From the human T2T-CHM13v2.0 reference genome, Homo sapiens, in the NCBI RefSeq assembly GCF_009914755.1, contig NC_060938.1: a stretch of DNA of 64,000 bases, one strand, 5' to 3'. The number at the start of each line of letters is the position of its first letter. Position 1 is the first letter of the stretch. Positions 35,940 to 49,749 of this stretch are shown here, piece after piece. The notes under the pieces are model-generated. The model worked only from the letters and a program-made list of their open reading frames with translations, was not told the origin of the DNA and made no database searches. The translations under genes and the position numbers were made by a program.

Positions 35940-36610
35940 CAGAGCTACCCAATGTGAAAATAATGTGAACTACAAAAGTAAGCTGTAAGTTTAATTTTAA
36001 GTTTTCTAGTAGCCACATTAAATGAAGTAAAAAGAAATAGTTGAAATTAAATACATTTTATTTAATCTAAGATATTCAAAATATCATCACTTAAACATAT
36101 AACTCATATTTAAAAGTGGCCAGATGTGAAGAATCACAGCATTTTAATCCCAGCATTTTAGGAGGCAGAGACGAGTGGATCACTTGAGCTCAGGAGTTCA
36201 AAACCAGCCTTGGCAACATGGTGAAACTTCATTTCTAAAAAATACAAAAATTAGCCAGACATGGTAGTATGCGCCTATAGTCCCAGCTACTCCGGAGGCC
36301 GAGGTGGAAGACTGAGATGGAAGGATGGCTTGAACTTGGGAGGCAGAGGTTGCAGTGAGCCAAGATTGCACAACCACACTCCAGCTTGGGTGACAGAGCC
36401 AGACTCTGTCTCAAAAATAATAATAATAAATAACTAAAATAAAATAAAATGAAAGGTTTTTTAACATTCTTTTTTTTTTCACACTAAGTCTTGAAAATCC
36501 AGGGTAAATTTTACACTTACAGAACATCTCAATTCAGACTAACCAAAATTCAAGTGCTAAGTAGTCACATGTGGCTAATGCCTACCATATTAGACAGCTG
36601 ACAGTTCTAG
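35940..36610. mobile_element. MER33-like hAT DNA transposon, split by Alu
   Basis: ttttctagtagccacatt...acatctcaattcagacta...agtcacatgtggctaatg. Confidence 0.7.
36118..36450 (+). mobile_element. AluJ/S
   Basis: Diverged dimer. Confidence 0.88.
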
Positions 36611-37188
36611 CAGATATGAGACTCAGGAAAGAGGTTACTTCTAAAGGGAGAATTATAATTGGGAAGTATATGTGCAGACCTCTGGGCAACTGGCATTGTT
36701 ATCTTTCTTGGCCTATGTGTTGGTTACGTGAGTATTCACTTCTTACATGAATATTCACTTCATAGTTATTCATTAAACCATACTTTAGAATTTAATAAAC
36801 TTATTTGAATGTGTTTTATCTCACACACAAAAAAAGTTTTAAAAATACCAAATGTTCCTTTCTGTAGGAGAATAAATAAAACAAAAATGTATATATTTTC
36901 TTGTACATTTATCATTATAAACGAGGAAGGTGTAACTTCTAGATCAAATAATACAAACATTAAAACATTTAGTAATACTAAATTACCTTCCAAATGCTTG
37001 TACTAGTTCTCATTCCCACCAATAACAATGAATAAGAACTCTCATTTCTCTCTATTTGTACTAACACTGGGTTTGATCAGTTTTAGGACATTTTTGACAA
37101 TTAAGTGTAAGAAGATATTTGGAGAGTAAGGATCATTCAATGAGTATTTCAAGAAATTACAAAATGGTTCATTTATTATGTATTGCCC

Positions 37189-37595
37189 TGTTAGAAATGG
37201 ATGCTCAGTGCTGCAAAGAAGAACCAGCACTCAAGCAAAAAGTTTTCTCAACAAGGCAATTTACTTCTGCAGAAGGGTGCTGCCTGCATCTGAGGCAATC
37301 ACAGAGCACACCGAACGAAAGAGGGAAGGGGTTTTTAACCCTAACACAGTTCCTGTTTCTGTATCCTTCCCCTGTTGGCTGGGGTTGGACCGCACAATCT
37401 AAGCTGACCCGATTGGCTACTGCTGTAAATTGAATAGGGCTAATTAGGCAGGAAGGGAGAGGCTGTCCAGTTTCCAATTAGGCAGGAAGGCACGTCTGGG
37501 TGGGAAGGCATGTCTGGGCGCGGCAAGGGCGGGAGAGGTTGTTTACAGAACAAGAAAGAACAAAGAGCTTGAAGGGGAACTTACTGCTCCTCACA
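37189..37595 (-). mobile_element. ERV1 solo LTR, LTR10 family
   Basis: TG...CA termini, 4-bp TSD gccc, 3' half homologous in reverse to the LTR at 41986-42552. Confidence 0.8.
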
Positions 37596-38751
37596 GCCCT
37601 TTGGCATACATAGACATTAATAATCAGGTGGTTGGTCCTTCTTATGCCTCTGAAATAGATGGGGCACCTGCATTCTTGGGCTGCCATTGCTCTGCACCAG
37701 CAACTCCACTCTGCAGGTAGACAGTATGTGAACAGCCTTCCCTTGAAAATGCATACCCCAACCCTCATACTGACTAAACATTTTAGCCTGCAATCCCTCA
37801 CCTCAGAGCTGTTCACACTGCCAAATCTTAGCTTAAGCAGTGGTCAGATGCAAAGACCTCAAAGCTAAAGGTGACCCTGGTACCACAGAATGTAAATCTT
37901 TCCATGTGAGCACTAGTCCAAACCTGTCTTCTCTAACATATCATTGGAGTTCTGTTTCCTTTTATCTGACATTTTAAAGTGTTTAAAATATATGTTTGGG
38001 ATGCCACTAATAAAACAGCCTTTAGAAATGGATTATGACCCACACAAGAAAAAATGGGTTTCATTACTCTATTATTACAAAATATTCCTTCATTTGTCAA
38101 ATTTTTTCTCTGTCTCTCTCTTTCCCCTGTCTCCCCTTCTTTCTTTCTTCCCTCTTTTATTTCCTAACATTGCTTAACTTAGTTTTGACCTCTTCCTCTT
38201 TTCTCTTCAACTTGAGCCCACAGCTTGAGTATCCACAGCCTCCGCAACCAAGATGCCCAGGACCTTTAGAAGGTGGGCCACAGAGGGGCAAGGGATGCTG
38301 GAGACATATTGAGACCTTAAGGACAGTCGGACTTGCCCAAAGCACTAGCAAGCAGATATGTGGAGGTAAGCTTACATGTTTAAGGCTGTTTGCTGGCAGA
38401 AGCAAAAACACGGGTACAAGCAACTTGGCACCCTAAGTGAAATCATCAAAAATTAAGTCAGGCCTGCTTGTACTGTTCTCTAAATTAAGAAAAGGAGGCT
38501 GATACTGTGGAACTACATACCTCACAGCGTAATCAACCTCTGAGGGATTCCCAGGCCCCATCATAGATCTCCTGAATCAGAATTACCAAGGATGATCATT
38601 TTGTTTGGGAACCATTTACCAGGGGCAAGCACAGAGTTTTCCAGCCTAACAGCTATACACATAAATCTGCACCACCTCATCACTTAGTATATGACCTTTG
38701 GAAAGTCTCAATGAGCCTTGCTTTCTTTATCTGTAAAGAAAGATGACACCT

Positions 38752-39103
<352 letters not shown>

Positions 39104-39339
39104 CTACATTCTGTGTGTAAACCACTTGCACATAATAGTTCTCAACAATAAGTAATTATTACAATATTAATATGATTTTAACAAAGTGTAATAGGTACCA
39201 TCCAATTTTTCTGAAATTTACTTTACAATAAGCTCATATTATTTTAAAATTAAGAAAAATAAAGCTATTTCTATTTTTGTTATGGAATGACAGCAAATAA
39301 TAAATTAGGTACTAGATACCAAAAACAAGATACGTAATT

Positions 39340-39572
39340 TTCTTTTTGAGACAGAGTCTGGCTGTGTTGCCCAGGCTGGAGTGCAGTGGCATGATCTCAG
39401 CTCACTGCAGCCTCTGCTTCATGGGCTGAAACCATCCTCCCACCTCAGAGTGGTTAATTTTGGTGGTTATTTTGTTTGTTTTTTTGGTAGAGATGAGTTT
39501 TCATCATTTTGCTCAGGTTGGTCTCGAACACCTGGGCTCAATCCATCTGCTCGCTTCAGCCTCCCAAAGTTC
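39340..39572 (-). mobile_element. AluJ-like, internally deleted
   Basis: Diverged reverse Alu. Confidence 0.8.
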
Positions 39573-40488
39573 TGTAGCTAGAGCACTAGAATTTTCTTGT
39601 ATGCTCCAAACCCCACAGTGTAGCACAAAGAGGACATCTACACATGCAATGGGTTTCATTGCAGGAGAGGACCCCAAGCTTAAAGAACCCTAATCTTTTT
39701 ATACTAAACAATAAGTATGCCTGCCATTTGTTTCAGAGGTAGACATTATATCTGTCTTCTAAGTCTCTAAGCAAACCTGCTCCTTCTGCTGGAAGGGGAC
39801 ACTATCTGTCTTCCAAGGCTGTTTCCTATACAAGCTTCTTTGAGGAGATAGTATGGAACAAAGACAATCAGTGCCACTGTTCACAAGACATGCAGACATG
39901 CAAAAGACTCAGAGAGAATTTCTTCCCAACAATAGCCATAAGACTGTATAGTTTCCATACAGTGGTGGCTCCTGGAAATTTTTCCCATATTATGCCACTC
40001 CATCAGCCACTCTAAATAATTTAACAGAGGCTGGGACCAAATCCATTTGTCTCACACAGCACTTAATTAAGGCTCTTATCAACAGCACTTTGTACAGCAA
40101 GATGAGGCCATCCGGCAGTATTAACCCCAGCCATGGCTCCCGGGGTCCTGGTCCCAATCAGCTTAACAAATCCCATACACCATCATGGTTTACTTAGAAA
40201 GCCAAATGGCTTTCTCTTTGTTTCTATATTGACCTTTTCACTTGGCCTAAGGCATTAATCCTGGCACAGCAAGATAGAGCAGAGATTGCACAGACTTCAC
40301 CTGAGAAGAAAGTCTGGGGCAATTATTTCATTCATAACAACCATGGCTAGTGAGCTGAGGCTGACCTGCTTTTCCTTTCAGGGTCCAGGCATGTCACTGA
40401 AAACTTCAGCGAAATTTTTACCACTTCACTTTTCTAATTGGATGACTACTGTTATAGGGATAACTGCCAGCAAAGTATACATAAATAA

Positions 40489-40845
<357 letters not shown>

Positions 40846-41985
40846 TAAGAAAAGTCTCATTTTGGAGAGATCTCTGTGGTCATCTGAGGGCCACATGATC
40901 TGTCAGTGATGCTTCCTTAAACACTTAAAGGGATCTTATGATTACCCCTAAGGTGTTTTTAGGGGAGACAAAATAACTCCTGGATTCCACACAGGAAATA
41001 AAGACCTGAGGGCACACAGAGTGCCCCTGGAAAGAAAGTGTTGTTGGTCTCCCTAAGTGGGACATACATCATTCAGAGGGCATAGTTTGACAGTTCCTCC
41101 AACTTGGCCTCCTGGCAAGCTGGTAAGCCTTAGGGTTCCTGGTTCAGTTTGAATAATTGAGGCTAGTCCCTGTTTTTGCAGAAATTGCCTGAGGGCTGTC
41201 AGTCCAAACTGCCCTAATTATCTATGCCATCAGACAGGTGTTGCTCATTCACCCCACGGAATGACTGACTAAGCAATAGCTATGGGAAGGGAGGTGAGGA
41301 AGACATCCAGCGGTGTTAACCAATGTCTTGCATGGGAGATATAGAAAATGGGGCAATCCTTTGCTTTATCTGATAGATTCTTGCTGAGGTGAAGGGGAAT
41401 GACAATCAAAATCATGGTCAGCACCATCATGGGGGATGGCCGATTCAGCAGTTTCACCATTTATAGTGTTTGCAACAGTTTTGGAGAGCTGCATCTGGGC
41501 ATTTTTTCTTCCTGAGGAAAGACCCAGGGGTGGCTCTGAAGGATATTATTAGAGATCCTTCTTCCCCCTCCTGGCATCTAAGGTATTCTCCCCTCATGTA
41601 TTGGAGTTGCTTTCTCTCCATCACTATAAAATCAGCTTGTCCTATTCCAATAGTTATCATTCACCTTTTTCCAATCATCTCTACTCATACCCAGACCTTT
41701 CATCCAAAAGAGTCAGGTACAAAAGGGATAAGGCAATTTTATAAAACTTACAGAGACTCACGCCACCTACTTAGGCCTGCATGAGCCACTGGGTGACTTA
41801 TGAAGCAAATGTACTCAACCAAGTGGTGATTAACCTCATGATATAGACTCACAGCAACTCAACTAGAGAATCCAGGGGACTGAGCCAGAATTAAGTTGAA
41901 ATCCCTAGGCCTCTTTCTGGCTGGACTACCAACCCACTGTCCTGGGACTGCCATTAGTGAACAGAAAAGCAGCATGGTCAGGGAG

Positions 41986-42552
41986 TGTTGGATACAATGA
42001 GTTCCAAATTTCTCTTTTAAGAATCATTATGTCAGTATGTTCAGTTCTTTGTCCTCCGTTTTAAAGTTTAACTTCCTCATAGTTTCAGTAAAAAACCTTT
42101 CCCACCAGTTTTAATCAGTAGTTCACATCTGTTCCCCTGGTCACCTGCTCCGTCCTGACTCATCCCAGTCACCTGCTTTGACCTGAGTCACCCCTGGTCA
42201 CCTGATCTGGCCTAAGTCACCTTTAGTTCCCTGTTCCTAACTGTCCTTCCTGCCAAACTACTCACCCCGCCACTCTGGCTCATACCCCTGCTCTCTTTAA
42301 AATAGCCGATCAGAATTAGCTTAGACTGTATAGTCCAACCCTAGCCAATAGGGGAATGACAGAGCAGTAGGGGCTACCTGCATCAAGAGTAAGAACCCCT
42401 TCCCCTCTCTTGTTCAGGTGTCCTCTCGCCATTACTCCATTCGTGAGTCACACCCTTCTATAGAAGTAAAAATTGTCTTGCTGAGAAAATTAAATTTATG
42501 TTCAAGTGCTATTTCTTTGTGGCACCAAGGAACAAGCATTTTATTTCTAACA
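41986..42552 (+). mobile_element. LTR10A/F-like solo LTR (HERVI group)
   Basis: tgttgg...ctaaca, 5-bp TSD gggag, internal degenerate ~28-bp repeats with TGA(G/C)TCA. Confidence 0.85.
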
Positions 42553-42977
42553 GGGAGGAATCCAAATTTTAAAATAGCAATAGGTCATCCTGATCATTAA
42601 CCAGGAAGTGGCTGAGAGGTGATCTCTTTCTGAGCATAGCCACATTCAGTGACCAAACTGCCTAGTTAAGGTACATGGCCCAGAAGGAGAAGAGAGAGCT
42701 AGAGTAAAATTCTATTTGAATTGATTTTTGAAGAGGCCATTCCAGTATTCAATATCAGATGCCTGTGAACGGTAGGGAGTATGGAAAGTCCATCAAATAC
42801 CTTGACTGTCAGCACTTTGTTGAATAGCTTTTGTAAAAGAAAAAAAAAAAAACTCACTCCACTGTCAAGCTGCAAAGGCCCAGAAGGCCAAACACATGAC
42901 ACAGATTAGTTTCAAGGGCTACAATATTATAGCTGGAATCTGCTGATCGGGTTAAAACAGCAATATTGTGTTGAAAG

Positions 42978-43058
42978 GAAGGTGAAAGGCACGTTTCACC
43001 TGGCGGCAGACAAGAGAAGAGAGCTTGTGCAGTGAAATTCCCCCTTGTGTAATCGTCA
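42978..43058 (-). mobile_element. Isolated THE1 LTR fragment
   Basis: Reverse complement aligns to ~44730-44808. Confidence 0.8.
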
Positions 43059-43717
43059 CTGAAAAAGTATCAACAGCATTGCAGCACAATGGGTAGCCCT
43101 GAGAAGAGATCGGAAGTCTAATGTAGTCAATCTGCCAAGAACAAGGTGTGGGGAGATGGAGGTGATGGCTCATGCTATGTGACCCCCCTCACTGCAACAC
43201 TTTCACAAGTCTGCCTTTTAGGTAGCTTCTGCATTAGAAACAGTCTTTTCTTTATTTTATGCCAAACCTACGGTGGTAGATAGGTCACCATGTCCAGTAC
43301 AATGACGGATCTAGTCATAAATGGGAGCAATCTGGACAGTGCAGTCTTGATCAGCAGCTCGATACCAGAGAACTGGCCCTTACTATAGACATCTACATGA
43401 GTGACCCAACAGCTTAACTGATTTATTACCAAATTTTGCAGCCCCAGAGAGGGTGTCTTTAATCTACCAATCTGTAGTTTTCCAAGTGACGGACTAAACT
43501 CCCAGGCCTTTGGCTATAGCCCAGAGGTCAGTAAAAATATAACAAGCTTTATCAAAAGGAACACTGGCCAGAGATATGAGAATAGCCTTGAGTTCTGCAA
43601 AGGGAATGGAGCAACCCCACCCATGTTTGGCTCGGCAGAGCTGGCACTGAGGCTGAACAGTGGCAGCAACTCAATGAATACCATCAGTTTGAAGCTTAAC
43701 CAAGTCTGGGGATTTGG

Positions 43718-44930
43718 TACGCTGCATCCCAGCCACACTAGCCATGGCTAAAAGGGACAAACGTAGAGCTCAGGCCATGGCTTCAGAGGGTGCAAGCCCC
43801 AAGTCTTAGCAGCTTCCACATGGTGTTGAGCCTGTGAGTGCACAGAAGCCAAGAATTAGGGTTTGGGAACCTCCACCTAGATTTCAGAGGCTGTATGGAA
43901 ACTCCTGATGCCCAGGCAGGTTTGCTTCTGGGTCGGGGCCCTCATGGAGAACCTCTCCTAGGGCAGTGCAGAAGGGAAATGTGGGGTCGGAGCTCCCACA
44001 CGGAGTCCCTACTGGGGCACTGCCTAGTGGAGCTGTGAGAAGAGGGCCACCATCCTTCAGATGCCAGAATGGTAGATCCACCAACAGCTTGCACCGTGTG
44101 CCTGGAAAAGCTGCAGACACTCAATGCCAGCCCATGAAAGCAGCCAAGAGGGAGGTTGTACCCTGCAAAGCCACAGGGATGGAGCTGCCCAAGACCATGG
44201 GAGTGCCCATCTCTTGCATCAGCATGACCTGGATGTGAGACATGGAGTCAAAGGAGATCATTTTGAAGCTTTAAGATTTGACTGCCCTGCTGGATTTCAG
44301 ACTTGCATGGGGCCTGTAGCCCTTTTGTTTTGGCCAATTTCTCCCATTTGAAATGACTGTATTTACCCAATGTCTTTACCTCCGTTGTATCTAGGAACTA
44401 ACTAACTTGCTTTTCATTTTACAGGCTCATAGGCAGAAGGGACTTGCCTTGTCTCAGATGAGACTTTGGACTGTGGACTTTTGAGTTAATGCCAAAATGA
44501 GTTAAATCTTTGGGGGACTGTTGGGAAGGCATGACTGGTTTTGAAATGTGAGGACATGAGATTTGGGAGAGGCCAGGGGCAGAATGATATGGTTTGGCTC
44601 TGTCCCCACCAAAATGTCATCTTGAATTCCCACGTGTAGTGGGAGGGACCCAGTGGGAGGTAATTGAATCATGGGGGCAGGTCTTTCCTGTGCTGTTCTT
44701 GTGATAGTGAATAAGTCTCATGAGATCCGATGATTATATTAGGGGGATTTTTGCTGCGCAAGCTTTCTTCTCTTGTCTGCCGCCATGTGAAACGTGCCTT
44801 TCACCTTCTGCCATGATTGTGAGGCCTCCCCAGCCATGTGGAACTCTAAGTCCAATTAAATCTCTTTTTTTTTGTAAATTTCTCAGCCTCAGGTATGTCT
44901 TTATCAGCAGTATGAAAACAGACTAATACA
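43718..44930 (+). mobile_element. THE1 (MaLR) internal 3' part and 3' LTR (44585-44930)
   Basis: THE1-int sequence, purine tract, LTR tgatatggtttggc...gactaataca; 5' LTR absent. Confidence 0.9.
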
Positions 44931-45198
44931 GCATCTCTTCCCAATCAGTAGGATCACCTCTGGCACTTATAAGCATTCAAATTACAATCATGTAAAACAT
45001 TGATGCCAATTATATATTCATCAGTGGAAGCTACAACAGTACACTAAACAGACCCAAAGGGTCACTTGCAACAGGGTCACTTAATTTCTCTTTACTGCAA
45101 AAATTGCCCAAATCCCATCAGTTGAATTAAGGTGCCCCTTCTTTCCAAGCGGCTGCAAAGACTCATGCCTTGAATAGTTATATGCAACAGCACCATAA

Positions 45199-45600
<402 letters not shown>

Positions 45601-47054
45601 TAACAAAGCTGAAGTCAGGGTAGGAGGCAAAGAAAAGGTCAAAGGCACAGAAGAAGAGCAGTTTTCTTTGAGAAAATTGAGGCCTTGCATTCAATTTCAA
45701 GTGGCCCTCACTCACGGCTCATCTGAATGAGCTTCTGAGGTTTTTGGACCACCCAAATGTCTGTATTGAATAGCACCTCCTCACTGCTCACATTATTTAT
45801 TTCCATTTTGGGGATTCTTTAGCTTAGTAGCCATAGCTACCACTGCCCCTAGTCCAAGACCATGGCACCTGTTGTCCCATTGTCATAAGATCCCTTTTTC
45901 TATCTGCCCAGAAGAGAGTAACAACTGAGGCACAATTTAGGCTGCTGTTTTCATCCTACTTCTCACCACACAGCCCCTAACTATTAATTAACAAGTAGGA
46001 TATTAGGGATCCTTATTCTCTTAACTCACCCAATACTTAGGCAAATGCATTTACCTCTTGATCCAAGTTGTCCCATCTTCAAACCTAGTTTGTGGGTCCA
46101 TTATCCCTCCTCTTCCAGAAGACCACATCTGCCAGCATCCCATCCTCATCACCTAAACTATCAAAAACTATGAAGAGTCTGAGATTCTACTCTACTTGCA
46201 AGCTAGTCTGACAGCTTTGTAGATGCTAGCAGAAGACAAGAGATTCAGGGTTAGAGACAAAGAACTTTATTACTCACAGAAATAGTCAAAATATCAACAT
46301 TTTCTTGTTCTGGTTCCCAAGCCCCAGTTCCCACAGGGCAATGCAAAGACCAGGTGATATCTGTATGTGCAGATGGTTGCATTACAGGAAAGGAACCCTG
46401 AGCATAGGGAACATAAAGCTTTTATAATGCCGTTTGGTCCAGAAAGAGGCACTCTCTATCTTCCAAGGCTCTAAATATACCTGCCCTTCATTTTGGAGGG
46501 AGATACTATCTCTATCTTCTCTATCATATAAACATCCTTGAAAAATTATGCAGTCAGTACCTCTGCTTATAAGATATACAGAAACACTAGTGGTCCATGG
46601 AGACTCATCTAATTAGCCATACCTTGTTTTGTTGCACATCACTTTGTTGTGCTTCAGACATTGCATTTTTTACATGATGAAGGTTCGTAGCAATGCTCTC
46701 AATCGACCCTGCAAGTCTATGGCACCATTTTTCCAGCCTCGAGTGCTCATTTCATATCTCTGTCACATTTTGGTAATTCCTGCAACATTTCAAACTTTTC
46801 CATTATTATTATATCCGTTATGGTAATCTGTGATGTTATTGTTTTGGGGTGCCACAAACCATCCCTATTTAACAGGTGAACTTAATTGATAAATGTTGTG
46901 TATGTTCTGCCTGCTCCACTGACCAGCAGTTCTTCTGTGTCTCTCTCTCTGCAGGGCTCCTCATTCCCTGAGACATAACACTATTGAAATTAGGCCAATT
47001 AATAACCCTACTATGGCCTCTAAATGTTCACGTGAAAATAAGAGTCACACATCT

Positions 47055-47357
<303 letters not shown>

Positions 47358-47996
47358 ACATTTCTCACTTTAAATCAAAAGCTAGAAATATTCCAGGCTG
47401 CTGATAGGGAAAAATAATAATAAATTGTTTTAAAGCTAGAAATGCTACTCCTGTGAACACACAAATGGCAAGAAAGTATTACAGACTTAGTGCTGAAAAT
47501 AAATAAAGTCTTAGTGGTCTGGATAAAACATCAAACCAGCCACAATATTCCCTTAAGCTAAAGCCTAATTCAGAGCAAGGCCCTAGCTCTCTTCAATTCT
47601 ACGAAGGCTGAGAGAGGTAAGGTAGCTGCAGAAGAAAAGTTTGAAGCTAGTGTAAGTTGGTTCATGAGGTTTAAGGAAAGAAGTCATCTTCGTAAGATAA
47701 AAGTGCAAGGTAAAGCAGCAAATGCTGATTTGGAAGATGTGGCAAATAATGCAGCTACGGCTAAGATCATTGATGAAGATGGCTATACTAAATAAGATTT
47801 TCACTGTAGACAAAACAGCCTTATATTGGAAGACACCCTCTAGAATTTACATAGCTAGAGAGAAGTCAATGCCTGGCTTCAAAACTTCAAAGGCTGACTC
47901 TTGTTAGGGGTTAATGCAGCTGGTAACTTTAAGTTGAAACTAATGTTTATTTACCATTACAAAAATCCTAGGGCCCTTAAGAATTATGCTAAATCA

Positions 47997-48291
<295 letters not shown>

Positions 48292-49749
48292 TTATGTTAA
48301 ATCTACTCTGCCTGTGCTCTATTAATGGAACTTTGCAATAAAGACTGGTGACAGCACATTTATGACATGGTTTACCAAATATTTTAAGCCCACCATTGAG
48401 ACCTACTACTATTTTGAAGATTCTCTTCAAAATATTACTGCTCATTAACAATGCATCTAGTCACCCAAGAGCTCTGATAGAGATGTACAAGGAGATTAAT
48501 ATCATTTCCATGCCTGCCAACACAGCATCCATTCTGTGGCCCATGGATCAAGGATTTACCTTGACTTTGAGGTCTTTATTATTTAAGAAATACATTTTGT
48601 AAGGCTATAGCTGCCATAGGTAGTAATTACTCTGATGGACCTAGGCAGTCAATTGAAAAGCTTCCAGAAATGATTCACCATTCTAGATGCCATTATAATA
48701 AAAGATTTATGATTCATGGGAGGAGGTCAAAATATTAACAGTAACAGGAGTTGCAAAGTTGATTCCAACTTTTATGGATGACTTGGAGGGGTTCAAAATT
48801 TCAGTGGAGGAAGTTAACTGTAGATATGCTAAAAATAGCAAGAGAACTACATATGGAGCCTGATGATGTGAGTGAATTACTGCAATCTCACGGTAAAACT
48901 TGAACAGACAAGGTTTTGCCTTTTATGGATGAGCAAAGAAAGTGGTTTCTTGAGATGGCATATACACCTGGTGAAGGTGCTATGAACATTGTTGAAATTA
49001 CAATGAAGGACTTAGGATATTTTATAAACTTAGTTGATAAAGCAGCAGCAGGGTTTGAAAGGATTGCTTCCAATTTTGGAGGAAGTTCCATTGTGGGTAA
49101 AAGGCTATCAAATAGCTTACATGCTACAGAGAAATCTTTCATGAATGAAGAGTTGATCAATGCAGCAAACTTTATTGTTGTCTTATTTTTAAAAATTGCC
49201 ATAGCCACCCCAACCTTCCGCAACCATGACCCAGATCAGTCAGCAGCCATCAACATCAAGGCAAGACCCTCCACCAACAAAAAATTATGACTTGTTGAAG
49301 GCTCAAATAATCATTAGCTTTTTTCAGCAATAAATAATTCTTTAATTAAGATAGGTATATTGGGTGTTTTTTTTTTTTAGCCATAATGCTACTGCACACT
49401 TAATAGACTACAGGATGGTGTAAATGTAACTTTTATATGCAGGGGAAAACCAAAAAACTTCATGTGACTCACTTTATTGAGATATTCACTTTATTGCAGT
49501 GGTCTGAAACTGAACCCACAATAACTACAAGGTATGCTTGTAAATACCTTATTTTTAACAAAAAGTGAAAATGATTTCCCTGTTATTTACTAACAAATAG
49601 ACCAGACATTTGCATCAGACAGTGAGCATAAACTTCTCTGATCACCTCTCAAGAGACATCTCCCATTTCTCTTTTGACTCTCCTCAAGATTTCCTGTAAG
49701 ACCAAACTTTATCTTCCATATGTCTCACAGGTCAGTGTTCATAATAACC

